DNA of 64,000 nt. It comes from Alphaproteobacteria bacterium (GTDB taxonomy: Bacteria; Pseudomonadota; Alphaproteobacteria; GCA-2731375). The position numbers and the translations under genes were made by a program. How positions within the stretch are numbered: position 1 is the first letter of the stretch; every line of letters starts with the position of its first letter. The stretch covers positions 5,440,001 through 5,504,000 of the forward strand of contig CBDDPY010000002.1 of NCBI GenBank assembly GCA_965232515.1, in the 5' to 3' direction. Shown here piece by piece: positions 29,920 through 42,319 of this stretch. The notes under the pieces are model-generated. The model was not told the DNA's origin. It saw only the letters and a list, made by a program, of their open reading frames with translations, and ran no database searches.

Positions 29920-31077
29920 TTACCAGCCCATCTGACGGGCGGCGAGGTCCTTCATGATCTCGATTGAGCCGCCGCCGATGCTCATGACCTTGGTTTCGCG
30001 GTAAATACGTTCGACCTTGCTGCCGCGCAGATAGCCGGCGCCGCCGAAGATCTGCATCGCCTCATTGGCGCAGAATTCCATGGTCGTCGTCGCCGCGTTC
30101 TTCAGCATGGCGATCTCGGGCACCGGGCTTTCGCCCCGGTCGACGCGCCAGCACAATACTTCCAGCCAGGCCTGAGTCGCATTCAGGCGCGTCGTCATGT
30201 CGACCAGCTTGTGCTTAATGACCTGGTTGTCGATCAGCGGCCGGCCGAATGTATGGCGCTCACGCGCGTAGTCCAGGGCCTCGTCGATGCAGAGGCGGGC
30301 GAAGCCGAGCGCGCCCGCGGCCAGGAAAATGCGCTCCGCGTTGAAGTTGACCATGATGCCGCGGAAGCCGTCATTCTCGGTCCCGATCAGGTCGTCGGCC
30401 GGCACCCGCGCATCCTCGAAATAGAGCGTCGCCGTATCGGACGCCCACCAGCCCATCTTCTTCAGCGGCGTGCGTTGGAAGCCGGGCGTATCGCGTTCGA
30501 TCAGCAGCAGTGAGATGCCGTCCTTGCCCGGGCCGCCGGTCCGCACCGCGACCGTGTAGTAGTCGGCGCGCATGCCCGACGTGATGAAGGTCTTCTGGCC
30601 GTTGACGACATAAACATCACCGTCGCGCCGGGCCGAGGTCTTCAGGTTGGCGACATCCGAACCGCCCGAGGGCTCGGTGATGGCCAGCGCCGAGATCTTC
30701 TCGCCCGCCAGGATCTGCGGCACGACACGGCGCTTCAGGGCATCGCTGCCCAGCGCGACGATCGGCGGCGTGCCGATCGAATGGCTCATCAGGCTCGCCG
30801 ACACCCCGCCGCAGCCGGCGCGGGCCAGCTCCTGCGCGATGATCACGAGGTAGAAGAGGTCGGCCTCGATGCCGCCCAAATCTTCCGGATAGCCGGCCGC
30901 CAGCATGCCGACCTCGGCCGCCCGGCGGTAAAGCTCGCGCGGGAATTCGCCGGCCTCGTCCCATTCATCGACAAATGGCGCGATCTCGGCCTCGACGAAA
31001 CGCCGCAGGCTGTCCCGAAAAGCCTCGTGCTCGGCCGTGTAGTAGGGACTGGCCTGCGCGTTTCGGCGCTCGGTCAT
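29920..31077 (-). CDS. Acyl-CoA dehydrogenase
   Basis: LAITEPSGGSD, GQKTFITSG, QIFGGAGY, IGGGS. Confidence 0.93.
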   Translation of the reverse strand: MTERRNAQASPYYTAEHEAFRDSLRRFVEAEIAPFVDEWDEAGEFPRELYRRAAEVGMLAAGYPEDLGGIEADLFYLVIIAQELARAGCGGVSASLMSHSIGTPPIVALGSDALKRRVVPQILAGEKISALAITEPSGGSDVANLKTSARRDGDVYVVNGQKTFITSGMRADYYTVAVRTGGPGKDGISLLLIERDTPGFQRTPLKKMGWWASDTATLYFEDARVPADDLIGTENDGFRGIMVNFNAERIFLAAGALGFARLCIDEALDYARERHTFGRPLIDNQVIKHKLVDMTTRLNATQAWLEVLCWRVDRGESPVPEIAMLKNAATTTMEFCANEAMQIFGGAGYLRGSKVERIYRETKVMSIGGGSIEIMKDLAARQMGW

Positions 31078-31078
31078 G

Positions 31079-33031
<1,953 letters not shown>

Positions 33032-33035
33032 CGCG

Positions 33036-33833
33036 CTAGCGTGCCCACGTCGCGGGCCGCTTCTCGAGAAAAGCGGCGACCCCTTCCTTCGCCGCATCGC
33101 CGCGCATGGCCGTGGCGAAGGACTGCGCGGCTTCCGCCACCACGGTCTCACGGTCGGCGGACAGCGACAGGTGCAGCAACCGCTTGTTCTCGGCCAGCGC
33201 CTCCGGCGCGCAGCGGGCGATGGCGTTCAGCACCTCCGCCACCTTCGCTTCCAGCGCCTCGGCGTCCGCTACCACGTGATGGATCAACCCCATCGCCAGC
33301 GCCTCTTCCGCCTTCAGCCGCGCACCCGTCACAGCCAGCATGCGGGCCTTGGTCAGGCCGATGCGCTGGGCCACGAATGGGCCGACCTGCGCCGCCGGCA
33401 GTCCCAACGTCGCCTCCGGCAGGCCGAAGCGGGCGCTCTCGGTGGCAACCGCGATGTCACAGGTGCAGGTGAAGCCCATGCCGCCGCCCATCACCGCGCC
33501 TTCGATGGCGGCGATCACGGCCTGCGGCGCGCGGTTGACCTTTTCCAGCAGCTCGCCGTAACGCCGGTTGCCGGCGATCACCTCGGCGTCATCGGCCGCG
33601 CCCGCCTGGTTGCGGCCGAAGCCCTTGATGTCGCCGCCGGCGCAGAAGTTGCCCCCGGCGCCCCGCAGCACGATGGCGCGCACCTCGCGGTCGTCGCGCA
33701 CGGCGTCGAACACGGCGGTCAGCTCGTTCACCATCTCCGCCGACAGTGCGTTGCGGTTCTCGGGCCGGTTCAGCGTCACGCGCAGGCGCCAGCCGTCGCG
33801 GTCCAGCAGCAGGGTCTCGCAGTCCGGCAGCAT
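33036..33833 (-). CDS. atuE: Isohexenylglutaconyl-CoA hydratase-like crotonase
   Basis: MLPDCETLLL, FCAGGDIK, NRRYGELL, PFVAQRIG; gene context. Confidence 0.75.
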   Translation of the reverse strand: MLPDCETLLLDRDGWRLRVTLNRPENRNALSAEMVNELTAVFDAVRDDREVRAIVLRGAGGNFCAGGDIKGFGRNQAGAADDAEVIAGNRRYGELLEKVNRAPQAVIAAIEGAVMGGGMGFTCTCDIAVATESARFGLPEATLGLPAAQVGPFVAQRIGLTKARMLAVTGARLKAEEALAMGLIHHVVADAEALEAKVAEVLNAIARCAPEALAENKRLLHLSLSADRETVVAEAAQSFATAMRGDAAKEGVAAFLEKRPATWAR

Positions 33834-33836
33834 GGC

Positions 33837-34994
33837 TCAGGCGTTCCGGCGCTGGGGCAGGGTGCCCATGAACTTGCAGATGATGCTCAGCATGGTCTCG
33901 TCCGAGCCGCCGCCGATCGAGCCCAGCCGGCCGTCACGGTAGGAGCGGGCGACGCGGTTCTCCCACGTGTAGCCCATGCCGCCCCAGTATTGCAGGCAGG
34001 CATCCGCCACCTCGCGGCTGAGCCGGCCGGCCTTCAGCTTCGCCATCGAGGCGAGCCGGGTCACGTCTTCGCCCGACACATAGAGGTCGACGGCGCGGTA
34101 GACCAGGCTGCGCAGCAGCTCGATCTCGGTCTGCAGCTCGGCCAGGCGGAAATGCACGACCTGATTGTCCAGCACCGGCTGGCCGAAGGCCTTGCGCTCG
34201 CGCGTGTATTCGATGGTCTCCTCGATCACCTGCTCCAGGCTGATCAGCGACTTGGCCCCCGCCCACAGGCGTTCCTCCTGGAACTGCTGCATCTGGTAGG
34301 TGAAGCCCTTGCCTTCCTCGCCGATGCGGTTGCGCTGCGGCACGCGCACCTCGTCGAAGAAGATCTGCGCCGTGTCGGACGAAAACATGCCGATCTTCTT
34401 GATCTTGCGGGCGATCTCGATGCCGGGTGTGTCCATGGGCACGCAGATCAGCGACTTGTTGCGATGCGCCTGATCGTCGCTGGTGTTGGCCAAGAGGCAG
34501 ATCCAGTCGGCCTGGGTGCCGTTCGTCGTCCACATCTTGCCGCCGTTGATGACATAGTCGTCGCCGTCTTTCCGCGCCGTGGTCTTGATCGAGGCGACAT
34601 CGGAGCCGGCGCCGGTCTCGCTGACGCCGAGACAGGCAACGTAATCGCCCGAGATCGACGGCGCCAGAAACTCGCGCCGCAGCTCGTCCGAACCGTGCCG
34701 CGCCAATGCGGGCGTCGCCATGTCGGTCTGCACGCCGATCGCCATCGGCACGCCGCCACAGCGGATATGGCCCAGTTCCTCGGCCATGGCCGCCGCATAG
34801 GAATAATCGAGCCCCATGCCGCCGAACTCGGTCGGCTTGGTCACGCCCAGCAGGCCGGCATCGCCCAGCTTCTTGAATACGTCGTGGGCAGGGAAGATTT
34901 CGGCCTCTTCCCACTCGTCGACATACGGATTGATCTCCTGCTCGATCAGCTTGCGCAGGCTGCGGCGCAGTTCTTCGTGTTCCGGGGTGTGCAT
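33837..34994 (-). CDS. atuD: Citronellyl-CoA dehydrogenase-like acyl-CoA dehydrogenase
   Basis: GVPMAIGVQTDMATPAL, GKMWTTNG, QFQEERL, LQYWGGMG. Confidence 0.8.
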   Translation of the reverse strand: MHTPEHEELRRSLRKLIEQEINPYVDEWEEAEIFPAHDVFKKLGDAGLLGVTKPTEFGGMGLDYSYAAAMAEELGHIRCGGVPMAIGVQTDMATPALARHGSDELRREFLAPSISGDYVACLGVSETGAGSDVASIKTTARKDGDDYVINGGKMWTTNGTQADWICLLANTSDDQAHRNKSLICVPMDTPGIEIARKIKKIGMFSSDTAQIFFDEVRVPQRNRIGEEGKGFTYQMQQFQEERLWAGAKSLISLEQVIEETIEYTRERKAFGQPVLDNQVVHFRLAELQTEIELLRSLVYRAVDLYVSGEDVTRLASMAKLKAGRLSREVADACLQYWGGMGYTWENRVARSYRDGRLGSIGGGSDETMLSIICKFMGTLPQRRNA

Positions 34995-35004
34995 TTCTCT
35001 CTCC

Positions 35005-36615
35005 TCAGCCGCGGGCGACGCCGAAGGTGTTGGGGTTGAGCTTGCGCGCATCCGCCTCACGGCAGACCGCCAGAGTCATACCGAGCACGCGGCGGGTATC
35101 GCGCGGATCGATCAGGCCGTCATCCCAGAGCCGCGCCGTCGCGTAGAGCGCCGTCGATTCGGCGTCGATCTGGTCGATGATCGCCTGTTCGGTCTTGGCC
35201 AGCGCCGCGCGGTCGACCGACCGGCCGGCGCGGGTGAGTTTCTCTTCGGTGATGATCGACATCACGCGCGCGGCCTGTTCGCCGCCCATCACCGAGATCC
35301 GGTTGTTGGGCCAGGCGAAGATGAAGCGCGGATCGAACGAGCGGCCGCACATGCCGTAATTGCCGGCGCCGAACGAGCCGCCGATATGCAGCGTGATCTG
35401 CGGCACGGTGGCGTTGGCGACAGCCTGGATCATCTTCGAGCCGTGCTTGACGATGCCGGCGGCCTCGGCCTCGCGCCCGACCATGTAGCCGGTCGTGTTC
35501 TGCAGATAGATGATCGGCGTATGCGACTGGCAGCAGAGCTGGATGAACTGCGCCGCTTTCACCGAGCCCTGCGGGTCGATCGGGCCATTGTTACCGATGA
35601 TGCCGCAATTCAGGCCTTCAATGGCGGCATGGCCGCAGACCGTGGCGATGCCGTAGGCCGACTTGAACTCCAGAAAGTCCGACGCGTCGACGATGCGAGC
35701 GACGACCTCACGCACATCGTAAGGCTTTCGGTAGTCGGTCGGCACCACGCCCAGCAGCTCTTCCGCGTCGTATTTCGGCGGCGGCGCCTCGGTGGCGCCG
35801 TTCGGCCGGTCCCAGGACAGTTTCGCCATTACCTGCCGAGCGATCTCGACCGCCTCGGCGTCGTCCTCGGCGACATATTCCGCCGTGCCGGCGACATGCG
35901 CGTGCAGGCCGGCGCCGCCCAGCTCCTCGTCATTGGCGATCTCGCCCGTCGCCGCCCGCAGCAGCGGCGGCCCCGCGAGGAAAATCTTCGCCCGCTCGCG
36001 CACCACGATCACATAATCCGACAGGCCGGGCACGTAGGCGCCGCCCGCCGTCGACGAGCCATGCACCACCGTCACCTGTGGCAGGCCAGCGGCCGACAGC
36101 CGGGCCTGGTTGGCGAAGCCGCGGCCACCCTCGACGAACAGCTCGGACTGGTACAGCAGATTGGCGCCGGCGCTCTCCACCAGCGCGATCGTCGGCAGCT
36201 TGTTCTCGGACGCGATCTGCTGGCTGCGCAGCTTCTTCTTCAGGCCCATGGGCGCGGTGGCGCCGCCCTTGATGCCGCTGTCGCTGACCGAAACCATGCA
36301 GCGGATGCCGCTGACCGTGCCGATGCCGGTAATGCTGCCGCCGCCGGTGACATTCTCGGCGCCGTCGTCATCGTGCATGCCGAGCCCGGCCAACGTCGAC
36401 AGTTCCAGAAACGGCGCGCCGCGATCCAGCAGCCGGTCCAGACGCTTGCGCGGCAGCAACTGCCCGCGGCGGTCGAATTTAGGCTTGGCGCGGGCGGAAT
36501 TGGCGGCAATCCGACGCTCGATATCGCGAAACCCGTCGATCAGGGCCAGCATGGCCGCGCGATTGTCCGCGAACGCGGACCCCTGCAGGTCGATCTGTGA
36601 CTCGATAGCCGGCAT
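35005..36615 (-). CDS. atuC: Carboxyltransferase beta subunit, geranyl-CoA carboxylase-like
   Basis: VESAGANLLYQ, STAGGAY, GSFGAGNYGMCGR, C-terminal FGVAR. Confidence 0.82.
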   Translation of the reverse strand: MPAIESQIDLQGSAFADNRAAMLALIDGFRDIERRIAANSARAKPKFDRRGQLLPRKRLDRLLDRGAPFLELSTLAGLGMHDDDGAENVTGGGSITGIGTVSGIRCMVSVSDSGIKGGATAPMGLKKKLRSQQIASENKLPTIALVESAGANLLYQSELFVEGGRGFANQARLSAAGLPQVTVVHGSSTAGGAYVPGLSDYVIVVRERAKIFLAGPPLLRAATGEIANDEELGGAGLHAHVAGTAEYVAEDDAEAVEIARQVMAKLSWDRPNGATEAPPPKYDAEELLGVVPTDYRKPYDVREVVARIVDASDFLEFKSAYGIATVCGHAAIEGLNCGIIGNNGPIDPQGSVKAAQFIQLCCQSHTPIIYLQNTTGYMVGREAEAAGIVKHGSKMIQAVANATVPQITLHIGGSFGAGNYGMCGRSFDPRFIFAWPNNRISVMGGEQAARVMSIITEEKLTRAGRSVDRAALAKTEQAIIDQIDAESTALYATARLWDDGLIDPRDTRRVLGMTLAVCREADARKLNPNTFGVARG

Positions 36616-36796
36616 CAGGACCGGCTCGACGGCGGCAAGAGCGCGATTGCCCGACCGGTCGTGTCAAATCTGCCGCATTTCCGGGGCGTCATGGCGGCCC
36701 GCACCTCCCAATACGGCCCTTTGCACTGACAAAGGCGGAAAAGCGATTGAAATCGCCGCCGGGGCCTGCTTTTTCGTTGCTACGCGACGAAATGTA

Positions 36797-36822
36797 GCTT
36801 GACGTTTACGTCAACGTCAAGC
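36797..36822. promoter_or_regulatory. Tandem LiuR-type operator
   Basis: GCTTGACGTT-TACGTC-AACGTCAAGC; same ACGT-N2-ACGT-N2-ACGT layout as 4281-4302. Confidence 0.8.
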
Positions 36823-36857
36823 AAACCGGCGCCGAAGTGGCGAAAAGGGAGAGCAAC

Positions 36858-37157
36858 ATGAGCCTGGAAGACTTGACCAACAATCTCCGCGACCGCGTCG
36901 GCGACGATGCCGGGCTGGGCGCACGCGTGAAGTTCGATTTCGGCGATGACGGCATGATCTTCATCGACGGCGCATCAACACCCAACACGGTCTCCAACGA
37001 AGACGCCGAGGCCGACTGCACCATCAGCATCACCATGGAGGACTTTCAGTCCATGTCGGCGGGCGAGCTGGACCCGACCTCGGCCTTTATGATGGGCAAG
37101 CTCAAGGTCGACGGCGATATGAGCATCGCCATGAAGCTGCAGGGCCTACTGGGCTAG
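36858..37157 (+). CDS. SCP2 sterol/lipid carrier domain protein
   Basis: ADCTI...LDPTSAFMMGKLKVDGDMSIAMKL. Confidence 0.93.
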   Translation: MSLEDLTNNLRDRVGDDAGLGARVKFDFGDDGMIFIDGASTPNTVSNEDAEADCTISITMEDFQSMSAGELDPTSAFMMGKLKVDGDMSIAMKLQGLLG

Positions 37158-37167
37158 AAGTCGGTCC

Positions 37168-37833
37168 ATGGACTTCGGTCCCGACTTCTTCGCCGAGGGC
37201 CGGCAAAAGCTCTACAGCTCGGTGCTCTCGGACGTGCTGGACAGCCTCGGCTGTCCGGAACACGCCATGGCGGCGGCGATCCGACCGCTCGACGAAGCCT
37301 CGGTACTGTTCGGTCGCGCCCGCACCGGCCAGTACATCGACAGTTTCGAGGTTGTCGAGGGCGAGAACCCCTACGCCACCGAGATCGCGCTGGTCGACGA
37401 TCTGACACCGGACGACGTGGCGGTGCTGAATTGCGGCGGCACCGAGCGCTACGCCGCCTGGGGCGAACTGCTGACCACGGCGGCGCTGGCGCGGGGCGCC
37501 GCGGGCGCGGTCATCGACGGCCAGACCCGCGACGTCAAGCCGATCCGCGAGACGGGCTTCCCGGTTTTCGCGCGCGGCATCGGCATGCTCGACGCCAAGG
37601 GGCGCGGCTACATGCAGGCCTTCGACCTGCCGGTGCAGTGCGGCGGCGTCCTGGTGCGGCCGGGCGATCTTGTCTTCGCCGATATCGACGGCGCGCTCGT
37701 CATTCCGGTGGAACAGGCGGAAGCGGCCGTGCGGCTGGCGCTGGAGAAGGTCGCGGCCGAGGATACCGTGCGCGCCGAGCTTGCCCGTGGCGACCGGCTC
37801 GCCGACGTATTCGAGCGGCACAAGATTCTTTGA
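37168..37833 (+). CDS. RraA family protein (HMG aldolase-like)
   Basis: LSDVLD, WGELL, VIDGQTRD, PGDLVFADIDG. Confidence 0.88.
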   Translation: MDFGPDFFAEGRQKLYSSVLSDVLDSLGCPEHAMAAAIRPLDEASVLFGRARTGQYIDSFEVVEGENPYATEIALVDDLTPDDVAVLNCGGTERYAAWGELLTTAALARGAAGAVIDGQTRDVKPIRETGFPVFARGIGMLDAKGRGYMQAFDLPVQCGGVLVRPGDLVFADIDGALVIPVEQAEAAVRLALEKVAAEDTVRAELARGDRLADVFERHKIL

Positions 37834-37882
37834 ACACGATGGCCGGCCGCCGGGCGGTCGGATGTGTTAGGTAGGCATTGTC

Positions 37883-38515
37883 ATGTCGAAGCCGTTTATT
37901 GCCAATGTAGCGCTCGCAGGACTGATCGCGGTCTTTGCTGGCTTGGCCGTCGTCGTGCCGACGTCGCGGGCAGCCGATTCCGGCGGTCAATTCGCCATCG
38001 ACGGCATTGGCGCCGTCCGCTGTGACCGGTTCATTGCCGATACCGAGGCGCGTAACAGGCGTTTGAGTGAGTATGGTGGCTGGGTAACGGGCTATCTGAC
38101 GGCGCTCAATCGCTTCGACGGCGACACCTTCGATGTGACGCCTTGGCAGGGTACGCAGTATCTGATCCTGGCGCTGATCAACTATTGTCGCCAGAACACT
38201 GAAATGCCGTTTCATCAGGCCGTGGCGATCCTGGGCCAAAGCCTGAAGTCGAACAGGCTCGCCACACGGTCCGAGTTGGTGCCGGTCGAGCAGGACGGCA
38301 AGCGCATGCTGGTCTACGTCGAGGTCTTGCGCCGCCTGCAGCAGCAGTTGAAAGACCAGGGTTTCGCCATCGGCGTCGTCGACGGCCAGTACGGACCCAA
38401 CACCGCCACCGCGCTCAAGGAATTTCAGGTCACGCAAGGTCTGGAGCCGACCGGCCTGCCCGATCAGGCCACGCTGAATCAGCTCTTCTACGCCGCAACC
38501 GGCGGCGCCAATTGA
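37883..38515 (+). CDS. Exported protein with C-terminal peptidoglycan-binding domain
   Basis: Signal peptide; VDGQYGPNTATALKEFQ...GLEPTG. Confidence 0.8.
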   Translation: MSKPFIANVALAGLIAVFAGLAVVVPTSRAADSGGQFAIDGIGAVRCDRFIADTEARNRRLSEYGGWVTGYLTALNRFDGDTFDVTPWQGTQYLILALINYCRQNTEMPFHQAVAILGQSLKSNRLATRSELVPVEQDGKRMLVYVEVLRRLQQQLKDQGFAIGVVDGQYGPNTATALKEFQVTQGLEPTGLPDQATLNQLFYAATGGAN

Positions 38516-38522
38516 TTCGTTC

Positions 38523-39467
38523 CTAGCCCAATCCGTCCGTACCGGCGCCGCAGACGATGGCGCAGACGCGGGCCTTCGGTTCTGGCTGGTAGGCCTCGGC
38601 CTGCAAGGCCGCGACCGCCGCCGCGCCCGACAGCTCGGCGGCGATGCCGAACTCGAACCACAACCATTGCGCTGCGGCCCGCATGTCGTCGTCCGTGATT
38701 AGCACGATCTCGTCGACGCAACGGCCGATGATCTCGAAGTTGATCTCGGCGCTTCGCCGCGGCGCCAGCGTGCCGGCCTCGGTCTCGATCCGCTCCAGCG
38801 TCACCAGTTCGCCCGCCTTGAGGCTCTCGTAGAGCGTCGGCGCCCCGGTTGCCTCGACGCCGATGACCTTGATGTCGGGCTTCAGCGCCTTGGCCGCCGT
38901 CGCGATGCCGGAGATCAGGCCGCCGCCGCCGATCGCCACCAGCAAAACGTCGATATCGGGATCGTCCTCGATGATCTCCAGCGCCGTCGTGCCCTGTCCG
39001 GCGATCACGTCGGCGTCGGCGAAGGGATGCGCGTAGGTCAGGCCGTCGCGCGCCGCCGCCGCCAGGGCCTCGGCGTTGGCCTCGTCCCAGACCGCGCCGT
39101 GGATGATTACCTCGGCGCCCCAGGCCCGCAGCTTGTCGGCCTTGGCCTTGGGCGTGCTCTCCGGCAGATAGATGCGCACGGGCGCGCCCGCCTGCCAGCC
39201 GGCATATGCGACGCCCAGACCGTGATTGCCGCCGGACGCCGTCACCAGGCCACGGGCGGTCTCGGCGGCCGACAGCGTGGTCAGCTTCGCGGTCGCGCCA
39301 CGCGCCTTGAACGACCCGATCGCCTGCAGGCATTCGAGCTTCATCACCACGGGACCGGCATGCGGCAGCGGTGCATGCATGGCCGTGGCCGGCAGCATCG
39401 GCGTGCGCCGCACGCGCCCTTCGATCCGCGCCGCCGCGGCGCGGACATCGTCCAAAGTCACGCTCAT
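38523..39467 (-). CDS. Threonine/serine dehydratase (PLP)
   Basis: GSFKARGA, SGGNHG, IGGGGL. Confidence 0.9.
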   Translation of the reverse strand: MSVTLDDVRAAAARIEGRVRRTPMLPATAMHAPLPHAGPVVMKLECLQAIGSFKARGATAKLTTLSAAETARGLVTASGGNHGLGVAYAGWQAGAPVRIYLPESTPKAKADKLRAWGAEVIIHGAVWDEANAEALAAAARDGLTYAHPFADADVIAGQGTTALEIIEDDPDIDVLLVAIGGGGLISGIATAAKALKPDIKVIGVEATGAPTLYESLKAGELVTLERIETEAGTLAPRRSAEINFEIIGRCVDEIVLITDDDMRAAAQWLWFEFGIAAELSGAAAVAALQAEAYQPEPKARVCAIVCGAGTDGLG

Positions 39468-39483
39468 AAGAAATCCGTTTTGG

Positions 39484-40401
39484 TTAGGCGGATATGGTCG
39501 CCAAGCCCTGGTTCAATACCACGACATCGCGCTCGACGATACGCGAGCGGAATTGCGCGCCTGTGTCCGTCCGCCAAATCGTTGTTTCAATTGTTTCGCC
39601 CGGAAACACCGGCGCCGTGAAACGCGCGGCAAAGCCGGTCAGGCGTTCGGGCTGGTAGTCGCAGCACTCGGCGACGATGGCGTGGCAGGCGTTGCCCCAG
39701 GTGCAGAGCCCATGCAGGATCGGCCGGTCGAAGCCGGCCTTGGCGGCGAAGTCGGGATCGCAGTGCAGCGGGTTGGGATCGCCGCTCAGGCGATAGATCA
39801 GCGCCGCCTGCGGCAGCGTCGCGTAGCTGACCACCGCGTCCGGCGCCCGCTCCGGCGGGTCGGGCAGCTTTTCCGGGCCGCCGGACGGGCCGCCGAAACC
39901 GCCGTCGCCGCGCGCGAAGACCACCGATTCCATGGTGCAGAGGGCTGCGTTCGATCCGGCCTCGCGGAGCGTGTTTTCGACCACCAGCAGCGCGCCCCGG
40001 CCCTCGCCCTTGTCGTAGGCCGCAGTGATGCGCGGCTTGGAGAGGATCTCGGCCGCCGGCGGCAGGGGCCGGTGCATGGTCAACCGCTGCTCCCCGTGCA
40101 CGGACATGAAAAGGTTGATGCCGGAATCGAACAACAGGCTGTCGTCCCAGGCGATCACCGTCGCCATGCTGGGCATGACCTTCAGGTTTTTCTCGTAGAC
40201 GAAGTCGAGTTGCCGCCGGTCCATGGGATCGGCGCCCATGCCAATGCCGGCGGCATAGAGCATGCAGTCGCGCTGATCGTAGCGGTAGGTTTCCTCCGGG
40301 ATATCGAGTTCCAGCAGGCTGTCGAGCGTCACCTCGCGCGGCGACTGCAGACTGCGCGCGATCGCCTGCTCGAACGTCATTCGCCCCAATGTCATGGCCA
40401 T
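39484..40401 (-). CDS. MaoC-type (R)-enoyl-CoA hydratase 2, double hotdog
   Basis: YRLSGDPNPLH, PILHGLC, HGEQ; start codon uncertain. Confidence 0.88.
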   Translation of the reverse strand: MAMTLGRMTFEQAIARSLQSPREVTLDSLLELDIPEETYRYDQRDCMLYAAGIGMGADPMDRRQLDFVYEKNLKVMPSMATVIAWDDSLLFDSGINLFMSVHGEQRLTMHRPLPPAAEILSKPRITAAYDKGEGRGALLVVENTLREAGSNAALCTMESVVFARGDGGFGGPSGGPEKLPDPPERAPDAVVSYATLPQAALIYRLSGDPNPLHCDPDFAAKAGFDRPILHGLCTWGNACHAIVAECCDYQPERLTGFAARFTAPVFPGETIETTIWRTDTGAQFRSRIVERDVVVLNQGLATISA

Positions 40402-40513
40402 GAAAGCAGCCCCGTTTCCGTCCCGTCTGGCGTCAAAGCAGTGCAGACCCATGGCCGACGTGTCAAGTCCGCCGCGGCCGTGATATGTACGGCGGAACCG
40501 GATTGCGGGAGAG

Positions 40514-41368
40514 ATGTCGACCATGGCCTACGAAACCCTGACGCTCGACGTGAGCGAGCATGTCGCGACGGTGACGTTGAACCGCCCGGACGCGCTCAAC
40601 ACCATGAACCAGGTGTTCTGGCAGGAGATGGTCGACGTCTTCACCGAGATCGACGAGACCGCGGCCGTGCGCGCCGTGGTGCTGGCCTCGACGGGCAAGC
40701 ATTTCACCGCCGGCATCGACCTGAACGATCTGGGCAACGTGGTTCTGGCCAGCGAGGGCGACGAGGGCCGGAAGCGCGAGCGGCTGCGCCGCCTGGTGCT
40801 GGAGCTGCAGGAGAGCTTCAACGCGCTCGAGCGTTGCCGGGCGCCGGTTCTGGTGGCGGTGCATGGCGGCTGCATCGGCGGCGGCATCGACATGATCACC
40901 GCGGCCGACATGCGCTACTGCACCGAGAACGCGTTCTTCTGCATCCACGAGATAAATGTCGGCATGACCGCCGATGTCGGGACGCTGCAGCGTCTGCCGC
41001 ACCTGATCCCGTCGGGCGTCGCGCGCGAACTGGCCTATACCGGCCGCCGCATGTATGCCGAAGAAGCGAAAGAAGTGGGCCTCGTCAACGCCGTCTATCC
41101 CGACCAGGCGGCGATGCTGGACGCCGTGCAAGGCATCGCGGCCGAGATCGCCTCGAAATCGCCGCTCGCCGTCACCGGCACCAAGGAAATGCTGAACTAC
41201 ACGCGCGACCACACGGTCGCCGATGCGCTGAACTACATCGCCACCTGGAACGCGGGCATGCTGATGTCCGACGATCTCGGCGAGGCCATCGCTGCACAAC
41301 AGCAGAAGCGTGAGGCGGGTTTCGCCGATCTGCTGCCGCCGAAACGCATGGTCCGTCGGCGCGCCTAG
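40514..41368 (+). CDS. Crotonase, delta3,5-delta2,4-dienoyl-CoA isomerase-like
   Basis: HFTAGIDL, CIGGGIDM, ADVGTLQRLP, IATWNA. Confidence 0.88.
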   Translation: MSTMAYETLTLDVSEHVATVTLNRPDALNTMNQVFWQEMVDVFTEIDETAAVRAVVLASTGKHFTAGIDLNDLGNVVLASEGDEGRKRERLRRLVLELQESFNALERCRAPVLVAVHGGCIGGGIDMITAADMRYCTENAFFCIHEINVGMTADVGTLQRLPHLIPSGVARELAYTGRRMYAEEAKEVGLVNAVYPDQAAMLDAVQGIAAEIASKSPLAVTGTKEMLNYTRDHTVADALNYIATWNAGMLMSDDLGEAIAAQQQKREAGFADLLPPKRMVRRRA

Positions 41369-41775
41369 CTGGCTCCCAGCTTTTTCCAGACGCCGCTGGC
41401 GGTCATCAGGGTCCGGTCGCCGGCGATCAGTTCGCCGCGCACGAAAACCAGCGCGCGGGTCTGGCGCGTGACCTGGCCGCGGCATTCGATCCAGTCGCCG
41501 GGCCGCGCCGGGGCCAGAAAGTCCGTGTGCAGGCTGACCGTGGCGCAGGCGCGTTTGTCGATCGCGTGCCAGACCAGTGAGCCCATCGTGCGGTCGATGA
41601 AGGTCATCAGCATGCCGCCATGGATCACGCCGCGCGGATTGATATGCCGCGCCTCGGCCAGAAATCCGTGCACCGGACCGTCGTCGGTCTCCTTCCGAAA
41701 ATACGGGCCGACCATGGCGTCGAAGCCGGGCGGTTCATCGATCGGCATAAAGCCTTCTGGCGGTGCTGATGTCAC
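41365..41775 (-). CDS. PaaI family thioesterase
   Basis: HINPRGVIHGGMLMTFID. Confidence 0.9.
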   Translation of the reverse strand: MTSAPPEGFMPIDEPPGFDAMVGPYFRKETDDGPVHGFLAEARHINPRGVIHGGMLMTFIDRTMGSLVWHAIDKRACATVSLHTDFLAPARPGDWIECRGQVTRQTRALVFVRGELIAGDRTLMTASGVWKKLGAS

Positions 41776-41779
41776 GCGA

Positions 41780-42319
41780 TTACTCCTGCGACAAACGATG
41801 TCGCCGGCCGTGCGGTTGCGCGGCGGCGATCAAATCGACAACAAATCGGAAGGCCAACGGATAGATCTCGGGATCTTCGCTGGCCCGGGGGCCGCCCACA
41901 TTCAGCCATCGGATTCGGTTCGCCGCAAGCCAGGCGTGCACGCGCCGCACGGCCCCGGTATCGGCGGGATCGACAACCACGCGCGGCCTGGCGACCGTCG
42001 CTGCCCGCACCGTCAGCGCGGTACCGCCGCGCGGCCGCGCACGCGCCAGCACCAGCGTGCCGTCGCTGTCACGGATGTTCCACAAGGTCCGTTGGCAGAC
42101 CCGTGCGAGCGGTGTCTCGCGCAACGGATAACGCCCGTTGATGCGTCCGTCCTCGGCCCAGCGGCCGCGTGGACACCAGCCGCCGACCGCCAGTCCGGTC
42201 GCCCGCGCGGCGTCGAGGGCGGCCCGGTCGACGCCGGTCTGTCCGCCGGAGACGATGCCGGCCAATCCGTGATATGACGCTGTCCGGCGTTTTTGGACTG
42301 GTTGGGGAGTATTCGGCAT
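41780..42319 (-). CDS. SLOG-superfamily 'putative molybdenum carrier' (cpYpsA-like) protein
   Basis: IVSGGQTGVDRAALD, GGWCPRG, RTLWNIRDSDGTL, LNVGGPRAS; start uncertain because it abuts the arsC start. Confidence 0.8.
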   Translation of the reverse strand: MPNTPQPVQKRRTASYHGLAGIVSGGQTGVDRAALDAARATGLAVGGWCPRGRWAEDGRINGRYPLRETPLARVCQRTLWNIRDSDGTLVLARARPRGGTALTVRAATVARPRVVVDPADTGAVRRVHAWLAANRIRWLNVGGPRASEDPEIYPLAFRFVVDLIAAAQPHGRRHRLSQE